A stretch of 64,000 nt of DNA, from positions 1-64,000 of the forward strand of contig JABLTG010000038.1 in the NCBI GenBank assembly GCA_016618085.1, written 5' to 3'. Each line of letters begins with the position of its first letter. Within the stretch, counting starts at the first letter, position 1. This stretch comes from Neovahlkampfia damariscottae (taxonomy: Eukaryota). The notes beneath the pieces were generated by a model. That model saw only the letters and a program-made list of their open reading frames with translations, did no database searches and was not told the DNA's origin. Positions 12,086-25,990 of the stretch are shown here, piece after piece. A program made the translations under genes and the position numbers.

Positions 12086-13727
12086 ATGGCAAAATATTGC
12101 AATAACAACAACTCCAATATTTTCAATAGTTTTTCACCACTCGAAGATATTTTTTTAGAATCAATCAACGGTGAAACATCTTTTGATGAAAATAAATTTC
12201 AAATAATATTTGAAAAAAATCCACTTTCAGAAGACTTGTTGATTTTAGCAGGTTTTGAAAAAAAAGAAAAAAAATACATGTTGAAAAAAAACACACCAAT
12301 TTTTGTTTTACAATCATTTTTAGATTCTCTAAGAGAAAAAGTTTGAAAATAATTATTAAAAAATTTAGATGTACCAAAGACCAGAACTTTATCAAGGTAA
12401 ATTTTTTCCAGCTAATTTTTCAGTTCAACTTGGTGATAAAAAATGGATAATTTCAAAAAGATATGAGATAAAAAAGATTATCGGACAAGGTGCATATGGG
12501 CTGGTTGTTTCCGCTTATGACAAAGTTGAAAAAAAAAATGTTGCAATCAAAAAAATTTTCAACACTTTTGAAGGTGATTTACAATATCAAAAAAGAATTT
12601 TAAGAGAAATTAAAGTAATGAATCATTTTAAGTATTACTTTGTTACTTCCTTAATTTCTTAGAGAAGTTGATGGTGTAAGGTTTTTAAAAAAACTAACAA
12701 CCAGTTAATCTCGATTGTAAATTTGATTCCACCAACAGATTATGAAGAATTTGAAGATGTTGTAAGACATTTTTAATGTTTTAAATTCATAGTATATTGT
12801 CATGGATATGATGGACGGAGATTTAAGAGGATTAATTAAGAAGTCAAATCAAGAAATAACTGATGAAAATGTTCAATATTTTTTATATCAAATATTATTA
12901 GGGGTATATAAATTACACTCTGCCAATGTACTTCATCGTGATTTAGTAAGTTCTGAAAGTTGTTAACAATTTCAAGAAACCAAGTAACTTGTTGTTAAAC
13001 TCAGAATTGGATTTGTGCATTTGCGATTTTGGTTTATCACGAGGAATAGGTATCATTCTTCACATTTATTGATATATTTATAGATATTGATGATCCTACA
13101 CATTCTACTTTGTATGTTGCAACTCGTTGGTATCGTGCTCCTGAATTGCTATTGCAATATGAAAAATCATCTAAACCACTTGATATATGGTCAATTGGAT
13201 GTATTTTAGGTGAATTACTTCAAGAGAATAAAAGAACTCCACTATTTAGAGGTGAAAATACATTAGAGCAATTGTTGGTAATAATAGAATGTCTAGGCAC
13301 ACCAAAAGAAGAAGATATGAGAGGACACACCAACGCTATCAAATACATAATGTCTCTTCCACTGAAAGAAAAAAAATTATGGGAGAAAAGGTATCCAAAA
13401 GCAAATCCTCTTGCACTTGACATGTTGGATAAAATGCTCCATTTTGATCCTCAAAAAAGAATCACAGTTGAAGAAGCGTTGAGACACAAATATTTAGAAG
13501 ATTTATTTGAAGAAGAGGATTTAATAAAACCAAAACTATTTGATTATCAATTTGATGATGGTATAGACTTGAAATTTAACAAAGATGCTGTCAAACAAAT
13601 GATTTATGATGAAATAATAGAGTTCAATAAAACCCATCACCATGTTTTTGGAGACGCAAAGTATGACGATGATGAAGATGAAATTGTGGTGATTGAAAAT
13701 ATGAACGAGAAACTTTCGTTAAAATAA
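12086..13727 (+). CDS. MAP kinase with N-terminal extension and T-L-Y activation loop
   Basis: GQGAYG, VAIKKI, HRDLKPSN, CDFGLSR, STLYVATRWYRAPE; 6 introns and a 13-nt micro-exon. Confidence 0.92.
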
Positions 13728-14343
13728 ATTTCCTTTTCCAGCCAACAGAAAAGTAAAACTTTCTGAGGTTTTGAATTTTCGTTTTTCCAAGTTTTTTTTT
13801 GAATTTTGAAATTGTTAAATTCGAAACTGAATTGTGGTTTTATTGGTCAACGTCAGGACATGTTTCAACAAAACACAACAACTTCTCCGTTCCACAAAGA
13901 GAAACCAAATTGATGGAAAAAGATACAAAGGAACTTTTACAAAATTTCACATTTCAAAATCCATTATCAGAAAATTGTTCGTGGTAAACTCAAGTCAAAA
14001 AACACAACTAGTTTTTAAAAAATTTAACACAAATTTTAAAAAGATAACTTGATCTAAAATTACAAAAACTCATGATGTGAATACAGAAAACGATTAGAAC
14101 ATCTTGAAAGATCCAAAGAACATTTGTCAACTAAAACCACTTTTGCAGCTGTTTGAAATGTTTGGATGAATGTAAAAATGATAAGAATGCTTCAAAAACA
14201 TCAAATAACAAACTAGAAAAATGGTATAAATTAGGAAAGAAAAATCGCTTAAAACATCATCAAAATTTCACAAATGATTGGATAATTTTTTTATTTCCAA
14301 TTTTTTTTATTGGTTACTCACAGTCTCACTCAGTAAAAAACAC

Positions 14344-15111
14344 ATGGAGCATGGATCAGATCTCAATCAATCAACAAAAAAACTGACAGAAAAAGATGAA
14401 CAAGAAGTACTTGGTCTTACTTCACAGTACAGCTCAGTAGATTCACAAAACAGTAATGTAATGAAATCAGAAATCCCAAACTTACCAAAACAAATCTCTA
14501 AAAAAAGACCACCAGAAAAGAAAATTATATTTGTTCCTCACTCTTTGTCAGGTGTCAAAAAAAAAAAAGTTCAAACATCAAGCTTCAACAATAAAATGAT
14601 GAAAAATAACTTAGATATATCACTTGTACATGAAAAAATATCAAATGTAACACCAGTTGAAACGATTTTCCTTCAAAAAAAACTCTCAGAAAAAACCACA
14701 TCTCTTGAAGAACATTTCACTGACAAATTTTTTGTTGATGAACCATGTGAACCAGAAGCCACTTTACACAAACAGGTCGTTAGTTCTACTTCTGAAGATT
14801 CAGGAGACTCAGATAACTCAGGAAATTCACTATCATCTCCAACCGCATCAGAAGAAAGAACAACTCTCTATGAATCAAATAAAACCAGAACTACTGCTCC
14901 AAAGAGATGTGGAGACATTAGCTGTCCAGAGTTACAATATTATTCGACCTTAAAAGAAGCAGAAAAACACAGATTCACCTTCAAAAAATTAAAAGGCAGC
15001 TCAACTTGTTGTCCTTGTGGAAGTACTATTCAATATTACGTTGGAGGAAAATGGAGAAGATCTGGTGCTGTATCTTTATACTACAAAAACCTTGAAAATA
15101 TTGAAGAATAA
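14344..15111 (+). CDS. Hypothetical Ser-rich protein with C-terminal Cys cluster
   Basis: ATG 14344 downstream of GATTGG at 14277; NLS-like basic patches; CGDISC...CCPCG. Confidence 0.6.
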   Translation: MEHGSDLNQSTKKLTEKDEQEVLGLTSQYSSVDSQNSNVMKSEIPNLPKQISKKRPPEKKIIFVPHSLSGVKKKKVQTSSFNNKMMKNNLDISLVHEKISNVTPVETIFLQKKLSEKTTSLEEHFTDKFFVDEPCEPEATLHKQVVSSTSEDSGDSDNSGNSLSSPTASEERTTLYESNKTRTTAPKRCGDISCPELQYYSTLKEAEKHRFTFKKLKGSSTCCPCGSTIQYYVGGKWRRSGAVSLYYKNLENIEE

Positions 15112-15179
15112 ATGTGTATTTTTTTTTATATATAAGTAGAAGTTAAAATCGACAAAATAGGAAATTTTTCAAAATCAGT

Positions 15180-16640
15180 CTCACTTGAAAGTTGTCAGAA
15201 CCTGAAATTTTGGATCACATATACGCGTTTTCATACATCATTTGTCTTTTTTCATAATTCAAATATTCATAAGAAATGACCATTCTTGAATAGTGTCATT
15301 CAAGAATTTTTCCTTTGGCAATACTGAATAAATTTTCATCGTACTGATTGTTTTGTATTGTAATTTCATCAATTTTAATGAGAGACCGTCAATATTCACT
15401 TCTAGGTTTGATTCGAATCCGTTGAAATATAGATTCAACAATTCATTGGCCAATTCTTTTCTTTCTTGAAAGTTGAAAAAAGTTTCATATTTCTGAATGT
15501 CTTTGTAGTACTCTATATTCTCCATTGAAAATTCATTTTTTGCGAAGTTGTAAAAAATGGAATATAATTCTGGATCATCCATCATAATTTGAATCGTATT
15601 GGAATAATTCAAAGTTGGTTTTCTAAAGAAATTTAAAAATTTTTCTAAAATTGTAATCAGCAAAATCATCCCAATTTGATGAAAGAATAAAAGAAATTCC
15701 AGAAAATACAAACTGGAAAAAACTAAATTTCTTGATTCTGCAATTCCCATTAATAAAATCAAGAGAGTCCAAGATGAATCAAGCAACATCGTTCCTACAT
15801 AGTATTGAATTCTAAAATAAAATACATCCTCGTGCCACATATTTTTGACCAATTGAATTGGAATGGATAGATAACTTTTACCTTCCTTTTTGACTTTCTT
15901 TATTGCACTACTTATGACATGAAATACATCAATAACCCAAACGGAAGTAATATGACATTAAGAGCAAATGCAGCTGAGAATATGATATATTTTTGAGTTC
16001 CCAAATCTGGATTTACCAACAAACCAATTACTGAAATTCCAATAAAAAAAATCCATTGAATAAAAATGAATAAGAAGATAAATTTTCTATTTGAAGTGAA
16101 TTTCAATAGTTTAAACATAATTTTCAACTTTTTGTCCTTTTTTTGAATAAAATTCAATTGTTGATTTTTCAAAAAAATTCAAAACAACAAAATGAAAGAA
16201 ATTGATTGGAATAGTGCAAATTAAACATAACATTGCACCTGCAGAAAAATTATATAAGTAATTTTCATATAAAACAATAAATTCCAGTGGAAAAATGAAA
16301 ACATAAGCTTGTCCCAAGTGAAAAAAAAATTAAAAAATTGCAGCACAAGCAGGAACATAACCTCTTGATTTCAAAGGTTGTTCTTTGGAAAATACCACAC
16401 ATATTAAAAAAAATATAAAATAAAAAATCAATTTTGAGCACATAAAAAGTGGATGGAATGTTTCTAAATGATGTATTCCTGAAATGAGCTTAAAACCATC
16501 AAAACTGTGATAAAAGTTGGATTTCATAATGTCCTTTGTATTAAAAATAGAGTATTTGATGGAGGAGGTGCTATTGTATCGTTTGGTGTGATGATAGGAA
16601 ATGAAATATAATTCGCTCCTAATGTGATTAATAAACTGGA
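15180..16640 (-). pseudogene. Multi-pass membrane protein with C-terminal RGS domain, disrupted
   Basis: RGS motifs FAKNEFSMENIEYY and LEVNI; in-frame TAA at 16330 and at least 3 frameshifts not explained by introns. Confidence 0.7.
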
Positions 16641-16659
16641 ATTTTTCGTTTTAAATTCG

Positions 16660-17545
16660 TTAATAATTAGTTTTGATGATTTTAGCATTTGGATTTCTTT
16701 CAAAGAAAAATTCAGTAAATTTTGGATCCGAAATTGGATCATCTTCTGCATAAATAAGCCATAATTTTGAAACCTCTATTTTATCAAATTCAAATCCCCA
16801 AGGTTCTGATATCATTTTTAAATTATCCATCCAACCAAGATGATTCACATTTCGATCCATATCTTGAACATATTGAATTGTTTCTGGGTATTTATCCATC
16901 AAATGAAGTTGTTCATAATCAAAAGATATAAAATTTGTACCTGCGAATACGTACCATAAAGTTTTTCCAATGACGGAAGAAAATATAAACGATGGTGGTT
17001 TTTGGAAATTTGGAAAAATGTTCTCAACAATTGTGTGAGGCAAATTGACCCAACTAAAATCATGCCTAATACTGTTTCTTTTCCATAAAAATTTCCTACT
17101 TCCAATGCATACAGCCAAATGAAATTCCTTTTAACCAAAATTTTTTCACATTTTCTTTTTTAAGAACAACTTCTACATCTCTATGCCATTCATTTAATTT
17201 TCTATTTATCTTTAAACTGCTAAAACCAAATCCTGGAATGGTGATTCCAATTCCTCTTATTTTCAATCTCTGATAATCTTCATTGGTTGTTGAAGCTAAA
17301 ACTTTTGCTCCTGAAAATGAATTAAATTCAATGATTGTTTTTTGATAATTTTTTTTCTCTCCATAAATAAAATATTCAAGAATTCTTCCATCTGGTAAAG
17401 TAACATAATTTCCACCTTGTGTTAAAATTACTTCGGTACTTATGGATGGTATTTCTCGGTGTGATTGAAACACAATGAAAGAAATGAAGAGTATGAAAAG
17501 GAAAAACCGTATTTTGTGATAATGAAAATAGCTTCACACATTCAT
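16660..17545 (-). pseudogene. Alpha/beta hydrolase with signal anchor, frameshifted
   Basis: LPDGRILEY, PGFGFS, nucleophile GISFG, PWGF; helix/strand after the nucleophile (ALEVG..VLGMILVGS) lies in another frame. Confidence 0.65.
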
Positions 17546-17778
17546 CCAAGTTGAAAGAGAATAATCTCATTGGACAAAAAAACAAGGAACAAAAGAGCAA
17601 TTTCTCCGTTTCATAATCTCCGAAAACAGTTAAAAAATGGTTCTCAGATTTGGATTGACTTTGAAAACAGAAGAGAAAATTACCTGATTAGGATTTGTGC
17701 ATTTCCAAATTTCGTTTTCGGAATTTCTTCAAAGAGAATGGAGGATTTCATTGGTCATTCAACCTGCAATTTGATACC

Positions 17779-20700
17779 ATGGAAAAATACTCTCTAGGTG
17801 AGGTGCTGTTCTCTTCATCAAACACTGTTGTTCAGAGAGCCACAAAAGATGAAGACGGAACCAAAGTAATCATAAAAAAACCCACAAGCTACATTAACAC
17901 ACAACATATGAACGAATCCTACAAAAAAGATTTTTCCTTCACCAAAATAGTTCATGAGTCTGCGCCTGAATATTTTGTAACAATGGTTGAAATTGCACCA
18001 CAAAAAAATGGTCAACTCTTCCTTGTTGAAGAAGACAGTGGTTTAAACGCTATGACATCTATTTCTCAGGAAAATGACTTAAACTCCAAAGTACAAGAGT
18101 TTTTGAAAATTGCAAAAGAAATGACAATGGCTTTACATCATGTTCACAACAAGCAAATTATCCATAGAGACATCAAACTTTCAAATTTCATTTCAACCAA
18201 CACCTCCAGCTCAACCAAACCAAAACTAATTGATTTCGGACTTGCTACTATTGTTTCAAGAAAATCACCATCAGTATCATGCTCACATCCAACAGGTACA
18301 TATAATTATATGTCTCCAGAACAAACAGGAAGAGTAAATAAGAATATTGATTTTAGAAGTGATATATACTCTTTGGGCATAACATTTTATGAATTATTCA
18401 CAGGAAATGTACCTTTCAATGGTGATAAATTGGCTTTGGTACATGCTCATATCACCAAAAAATTACCTTTAATTTCGGAAATGCCCAAAGTTGTAAATAA
18501 TGTAATTCAAAAAATGTGTGCAAAAAACCCTTCAGAAAGATATCACTCAGCAATAGGAGTTTACAATGATTTGGATTTTATTCAAAAAAATTTTGACAAA
18601 ATGGATGAAACATTTTCAGTTGGAATGTTTGATGAAAGAGAGTTTCAAATCCCAAATAAATTATATGGAAGAGAAAAAGAAATAGAATTATTAAAACAAG
18701 CAATTAATTCAAATGATTCAATGTGTCTCGTTTCTGGATATTCTGGTTCCGGAAAATCCAAGTTGATTGAAGAAATATCAAAAGATCAACACATGGAATT
18801 GCTAATGGCATTTGGAAAATTTGATCAATTTAATAGATTACAACCATTTTCTGCTTTTATTAGGTAAAGATATTTCCATTTATTTATTCATTACTTAGTG
18901 CAATGAAATCTTTAATCATCAAAGTGTCTTCAACCGAATTTCATGAGAGAAATATTGTCACTGAAAACTTAAAGCATGATTTAAAAGGTGATTTAGGAGA
19001 TGTTGTGCATTACATGATACCTGAAATAGCAATGTATATAGGAGAAAGAAAACCACCTATTGCATTAGGATCAACAAAAGAAACTCAAGATAGAATTTTC
19101 AAAAGCTTCATCAGTTATTTTAATTGTTTCACGACTGATCACAAATTAATTTTGATTATTGATGACCTGCAATGGGCTGATGCTGCTTCGTTTCAATTTT
19201 TCGAAAAACTCCTTTCAACTGGAAATCAAGATATTTTCATTATTGGAGCTTACAGAGATAACGAAATTGATGATTCTCATCCGTTAACAGGAATCATAAA
19301 GCAATATAATAACACCAGTTCAATTCATCTGGAGCCTTTAACACTTGAAGATTTGAATGAATTAGTTGCAGAAACATTACATGTTTCAACAAATGAATCT
19401 TGGAAGTTGAGCGAATTAATTCACAAAAAAACTTTAGGAAATCCTTTCTTTTCTCGAGAATTTATCAATACATTACATCAAGAAGAATTTATTCATTTTG
19501 AAAACGAGAAATGGAACTGGGATGTTGAGAAAGTGGATTCAATGAATTTTAGTTCAAATGTGATTGATTTCATGATTCAAAACTTGAAGAAGCTTCCGAA
19601 AAATATGCAAAAACTTTTGAACAGAGCATCTTGTATTGGAAATACCTTCAAAATATCCGAATTAAAATGGATCTATGATGACAATCAAATAGAGAAGGAT
19701 GTAGTTGAAGCTTTAAGAGAAGGATGGTTATTTCAAATCAATTCAGGACAATACAAATTCTTTCATGACAGATTACAACAAGCAGCTTATGAATTATTTG
19801 ATGTTAAAGAAATTGCTGAAATTCATTCCATCAATGGCAACATCCTCTTGAAAAATTTCAAGGAACAAAAAACTGTTGATATGAACATTTTTTCAATTGT
19901 TAATCATTTGAATAAGTCTCCTGATCAATTGAAAGACAAAAAAGAACTCTTGGAGTTGAATTTACTGGCTGCAAAAAAATCTTTGGAGAATAGTGCAAAA
20001 GAAGTTGGATTGAATTTTGCCAAAATTTCAATTGAAATGTTATCATCCAATCCATGGGAATCAGATCCAAAAACTGCTTTTAGTACATACTCTATGCTTG
20101 CAGAAGGATATTATTCAAACTATATGTTTAAAGAATGCGAAGAAGTTTACAAATCAATTTTAGAAAATGTTAAAGTGAAAGAAGAAAAATTGATTGTTTA
20201 TTCAAAATATTCTAAAATGGCTTGTGCAACAGCTCAATATGATCAAGCTTATGATTTATTCATTGAAGTTTTGAAGTTGTTTGATTTTTCAAAAGACATT
20301 CCCTTTACAGATATCCCTGGAACAATCAAGTTCAACTTTGGATTGAAAGCAAAATTAGATCAAGAATTACAACTAATTGGAGGACTAACCAAACTAGAAT
20401 CACTTCAGAAATGTACTGACCCAAATATAACATTATTTTGTAAAATTCTAATTGCATCTATTGATGTGATGTTTCTGGCACCAAAATCAAATCGAATGTT
20501 ATTGATGACAAACGCTTTAATGGTATTGTATTTGAACATCACAATGGGATTGATGGATACTTCAGCATTTTCGTTTGCCTATGCTGGATGGGTTTTTTCA
20601 TTTTTTTTTAAATCAACAGATGGCTATTATTTGACCACTTTAGGAGACAAGTTTTTTTCAAAAGACGTTAACCCTCCTTATAATGTTGCTGCTTTTAAAA

Positions 20701-23222
20701 TGATCATTGGTCAAGGATCTGTTACAGGAGGAAACTTGAAACAACATATTGAAAATTTAAATCAAGGTTATAAATACAGCACATTACATTCAGAATATAT
20801 CTTTGGAGCTTATTGTTTACTTCATGAAACTATTGCTCAAGTGTTGAATGGAGAAAACTATTTAACATTGATCCAAAAATGTGAAATTAAATCAAATGAA
20901 TACATGAAATCAAAAAATGTCTTTATGAGAGATTGTCTTCAATTGATTTTAAATTTTGCAAGAGATATGACAGGTGTTTCGAATTTCAAACCCGAATACA
21001 AAATTCCAGCATTCAAGAAACTTAAAACTGTCAGTTCATTTATTCTTTATATGGAAGGTGTACTCAATTATTTTAAAGGAAACTATGAAGCAGCAGCTCC
21101 TTTTTTTTTAGATGTGGACAAAATCATAAATAACCAAATGGGACTTTTTGGATTTTATGAATCCAAATTTTATACTTTGATGACTTGCATTCACTTATAT
21201 AATAAATCAAAAGATGAAAAAGACCTGGAAGATATTCAACGAAGATTGAAAGAATATGAATCATTTGCTATATTGAGCCCTGAATTTTTGTATCCAAAGT
21301 ATCGATTAGCGTCAGCATTTCTTGAAACAACACAACCAAATGTTGATAATTTTGTAGTGATATCAAAATTTGAAGACATAATTGAATCAACAACATTATT
21401 TGGATTGGTCACTTCTACTGCTATTGCGTATGAAATCATGCTTCAATTTTGTCATGAAAAGAAATTCTCAGCTGGGATTTGTAAAATGTATTTGAGTGAA
21501 TGCTTAAGAATCTGGTCTAGTTTGTCAGCAAAAACAAAATGCAATAAACTTCAACAAGAATATGCCAAATATGTTTCGATTCATAGAACCAATTCAATGC
21601 CTTCAATGTCAATATCTGCATCAACTACAGCAATGTCGGGAACATCAATTAACTCATCATATTCTACATCTCCAGGTTATGGTGCAATGGGATATGGAGA
21701 ATCATTAGACATGATGAGTATTATCAAAGCCTCGCAAGCACTATCCGTTGAATTAACAACAGTAAATTTGATATTCAAAGTGATGGAAATCATCATTGAA
21801 AATACTGGAGCTGAAAATGGTCTATTGTTCTTAGAAGATAGCAACAAAATGGAATATCTAGAAACTCAAATTGGGAATGGAAAAATCAAACAAATTCACA
21901 AATTGGCCACTTCATTTAAAGAAAATGAAAAGTTCTGCTCATTTCTTTTGAGCTTATCAAAGACAATTAGAAAAACGATAATCATCAACAATGTCTCTGG
22001 ATCTGAATATTCTGATAATGATTATCTCCAAAAAAACGAAATCAAATCAATTTGTATTCATCCAATCATAAAAGGAAAAAAATACATAGGTTCAATTTAT
22101 TTGGAAAATAAATCATTAGAAGGAATCTTTGATGAAAACAGAAAAGAAATTTTGCAACATATTTCATCTCAATTAGCTATTTCTTATGAAAATGCAAAAC
22201 TATATGATGATATGAATTTATTGAATCTGTCATATGAAAGATTTCTCCCTAAGGAATTTTTGAATCAATTGGGAAAAGGAGATGTGAGAAATATAAAAAA
22301 AGGAGATGCCTCCACGAAAAAATTTTCAGTTCTTTTTTCAGATATTCGTGGTTTCACCAATATCACTGAAAAAATGAACCCAGAAGAAAGTTTTTCTTTT
22401 GTCAATGAAATTCTTTCTTATTTGGCACCTGTCATTTCAAAGCACAATGGGTTCATTGATAAATTCTTTGGGGATTGTATCATGGCTTTATTTCCTTACA
22501 ATGTTGATGATTCAATAAAATGCGGCTATGAAATGCTATCTGAATTGAAAGTGTACAATAAAGAATGTCGTAAAGGAATGATTCCTATTGACATTGGGAT
22601 TGGTATTCATTTTGGAAATGTAATGCTTGGAACTATTGGCGCTGAAGAAAGAATTGATGCAACTGTAATTTCAGATACCGTAAATACAGCTTCAAGAGTT
22701 GAATCTCTTACTAAAGCTTTGGGAGCAAATTTCATTGTTACTGAAGAATTACTTCAACAATCAACATTGGTTCATAAAAACAGATATATTGGGAAATATC
22801 TGTTGAAAGGAAAAGAGCTTCCAATAGCGTTGTTTCATATGATTCAATCAACTGAAGGAAGTGATGATGATTTTTCTCAAGCAATTCGTTTGTTTGAATC
22901 TGGGAAATTCGAGAAATCAGAAGAAATTTTTGTCCAATTGACAGATAAAACTTCAAAGTATCTCTTGAAAGTTGTTGGTCAATATAAAAAATATTCATTC
23001 AATGAAAACTGGAATGGTGAAATCAAAATCGATAAAGATGGAAATTTAATTCATTTAGAAAATGAATTAAAAATCGATTCTTCCATCAAGAAATTATCAA
23101 AAGAAAACAAGAAACAAGTTCTCAATGATTTATTAACAGATGAAGATTTTGAATTGTTTTTGAAATCAATTTCAAAAGAAAATCCAGAAAAGGTGCAACA
23201 AATTTTGAATAAGTATCAATAA
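17779..23222 (+). CDS. Ser/Thr kinase - AAA/STAND-like ATPase - helical region - GAF - class III adenylyl cyclase fusion (~1,800 aa)
   Basis: HRDIKLSN, DFG, YMSPEQTGR; GYSGSGKS and IIDDLQWAD; GSIYLEN GAF; FSDIRGFT, DKFFGD, TVISDTVNTASRVE; one 35-nt intron at 18864-18898. Confidence 0.92.
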
Positions 23223-23242
23223 AATTTTATTTTTTAAGAAAT

Positions 23243-24922
23243 TTATTCTTTAATGATCCACATTTCATCTTCAACTTTTCCATTTGTCATTCTATAAAAT
23301 TCAAATTTTAAATGAGTTCCATTGTAAATTTCCATTCTTCCAAATCCATAATGATTATGAGAATGAGCAATGAAATCTCTTTGTCTTAAATCACAAACAC
23401 CCAAAGCTGGAGAAAGTCCGGAATAAGCACCTGCAGAACCTACCATTAATTGAACTGGTGCCTTTGGATTTCTATAAACATTTCCTGAAGATTGAGTTGG
23501 TTTTCCATCAAAAACAGGAAAAGAACGATAATAACAATGATTATGACCAAAATGCTAAAAAGAGTGAACTCATTTCCTTGTTTAAACTTACACCAATATC
23601 AACTTTATATTTCAATAAAAGAGGTTCAATATGTTTTCTCACTGCTGTGATTCTGTCATGTTCAAAATCATAAACTGGTTTGTGTCCTTGAACCATAATC
23701 TGAAAAAGTAAAAAGAATTGAAATTTGTTACCCATGGAACATTTTGTCTATTTTCATTTGCTTTTCTTAAATCTTCTTCAATGAATTTGTATTGCTCAGT
23801 GCCCGGTTCAAAACTATGATATTTATCTTCTGTGTTAAAACTCAAAATGTGAATTCCACCAAAATCATAGGAATACCACATTTGATTTTCTGACTTTGTC
23901 ATTTGAAATCTATTCTTATAAGCTGTGAATTCTTTGTACTGTTCATGATTTCCTTTAAAAAAAAAAAGTTAATTTTTATAATTTTCTTTACCTGGAGACA
24001 CTATGGAAAGGTTAATTTTTTAAAGATTTGAGATACCCATATAAGGTACATATTTCGCATATGGTTCCACTTGTCTTTGTAAAACGTCCCAAATTGGTTG
24101 AATTTCGCCTCTTCCATTTGTTCCCATGTCAGCATAAGCAATGTCACCAGCATGAGTCACTAAATCAAAAGGTTTTTCTTTAAAATGTTTTGTAATTTCT
24201 CTTGCTACCATGAAACCGACTGGAAAAACAGTACCTTTACATAAAGTTAAAGTTAACAACAACATAAAAAAACTTACCCATGTCACCATAAATGGCTAAT
24301 TTCAAAGGAAACTTATCACCTTGAGTCTTGAATGATAATACTGGAGAAGATTTGTTTTCTACTAAAATTTGATAACGATACAAAGCGTTAGGTGTCAAAT
24401 CAGTCAAAACTACTTTATGTAACCAAGTACCTGTATTCCATGGAAATGGTAATTTATAAGTATATTGAATTGCTTCTTTTTCTTGACTCAAATTTTGAAT
24501 TCCATATTTAACTTTTGAAGAAGATGTTTTTTCTTTTTTTGTCAGTTAAAAGTTTTTGTTTTACTTTTCGTAGCCCACATAATAATCATTTCAGTAGGGT
24601 TTCCAGTCACTGAAAGATGGATTTGTTGTGGTTCTGCATCATCTTTTGGTTCTTCAAGTGTTTTATAAATTTTTTGAAAATCTTTCCATGACATTTCTTT
24701 GTTTTTCAAAATTTCTTGAGCTCCTAAGTGTGCCATTTTAATAGATTTATCATTTTTTTCATGCATGAATTCTAATAAATATTTTGATAATTCAGCAACA
24801 GAAATTTTGTTGTCATGGTTTAAATCAAGAACATTGAAATATGTTCTTAAACTATTTTCTTTGCATGTTGCCATAGTAAACACAAATGTTAAAACAAGTA
24901 AAACAGAAATGATTCTCTTCAT
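23243..24922 (-). CDS. Secreted purple acid phosphatase with N-terminal EF-hand
   Basis: Signal peptide, DLNHDNKISVAEL, YGDMG, GDIAY, GNHE (via 9-nt micro-exon), GHKP, GH(N)H. Confidence 0.88.
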
Positions 24923-25015
24923 CAACATTGTCAATTCTACAGTCAATAACTGAAATGATTGGATAAAAATTTTGGAAGGTTTAAAATAATGGAGATGAAA
25001 AATTGAGTTTTTTTT

Positions 25016-25929
25016 TTATTTTGATTTTCTATTTCTTGAAAGAGCCATTAATTCTTGAATGAATTTAAAATATAAGAGCGAATATAAAATTCCACCTAAA
25101 TGAGCAAAATGATCAAATCCACGCCATTTAAACAAAACTCCTAATATATCAAAGCAAACAATTCCCATTGTTCCATAAGAAATTGGAAATGAAATACCTG
25201 GTAAAAATATCAATCCAATTTCCGCATTTGGTGCTAATAAAGCTGTAAAACCCAATAAAAACATTAAAGAACCTGAAGCACTTTTAAATAATTTAATAAC
25301 AAATATTTGAATAATTTACCCAAGTGAAAGTGCTGGTCGTGTTAATATCACACGAAAAATTTGTGAAATCAATGAAGCAAAGATACCTGATGAAATATAA
25401 GCAGAAAGGAAGTACTCTCTTCCTAAAGATCTGTGAATAGTTTCTCCAAATGACATCAGTGCGTACATGTTAAATCCAAAATGTAAAAAATGTTTGTGGG
25501 AAAATGTGGAAGTTAGTAAAGTAAATGTTTTTTCTGACAGTGTATTATGTAAAAAGTTTCTGTCCATAAAAGCTCTTATTCTTAGATTTGGAATTTGCCA
25601 TACTTTTACTGTTAGAATTTCTAAAAAAAAATCGAACGTAGAAAAACCACTGAATTTACAAAAACAATGGAATATAAAGTTTGTTGTGACTCGGTAAGAG
25701 AATTCCAGTATTTCATTATACCTTTATATGATCTTCTTTTTGGTGGTTTGAATTGTTCACGTTTTTTTATTTGATAAGCTGCAGAAAAAGTTGCCAGATT
25801 CCAAATGATAAAAAAATTTATCGGTCTGACAATTAATGTGTATGCACCTGGTGGTTTTTGGTAATTCTTTGAAAACTGTTGAAAATTGTTGAACTTGTTT
25901 TTCAACTTTTGTTTGAAAAACTTGAACAT
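25016..25929 (-). CDS. PARL: Mitochondrial rhomboid protease (PARL/Pcp1-like)
   Basis: STFSHKHFLHFGFNM, SLGASG, DHFAHLGG; presequence-like N-terminus. Confidence 0.88.
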
Positions 25930-25990
25930 TTTGTTAACCAATGAAATTGTTTTGAAACAACAAAAATTAAATGAAACAAAAATGGAACAT

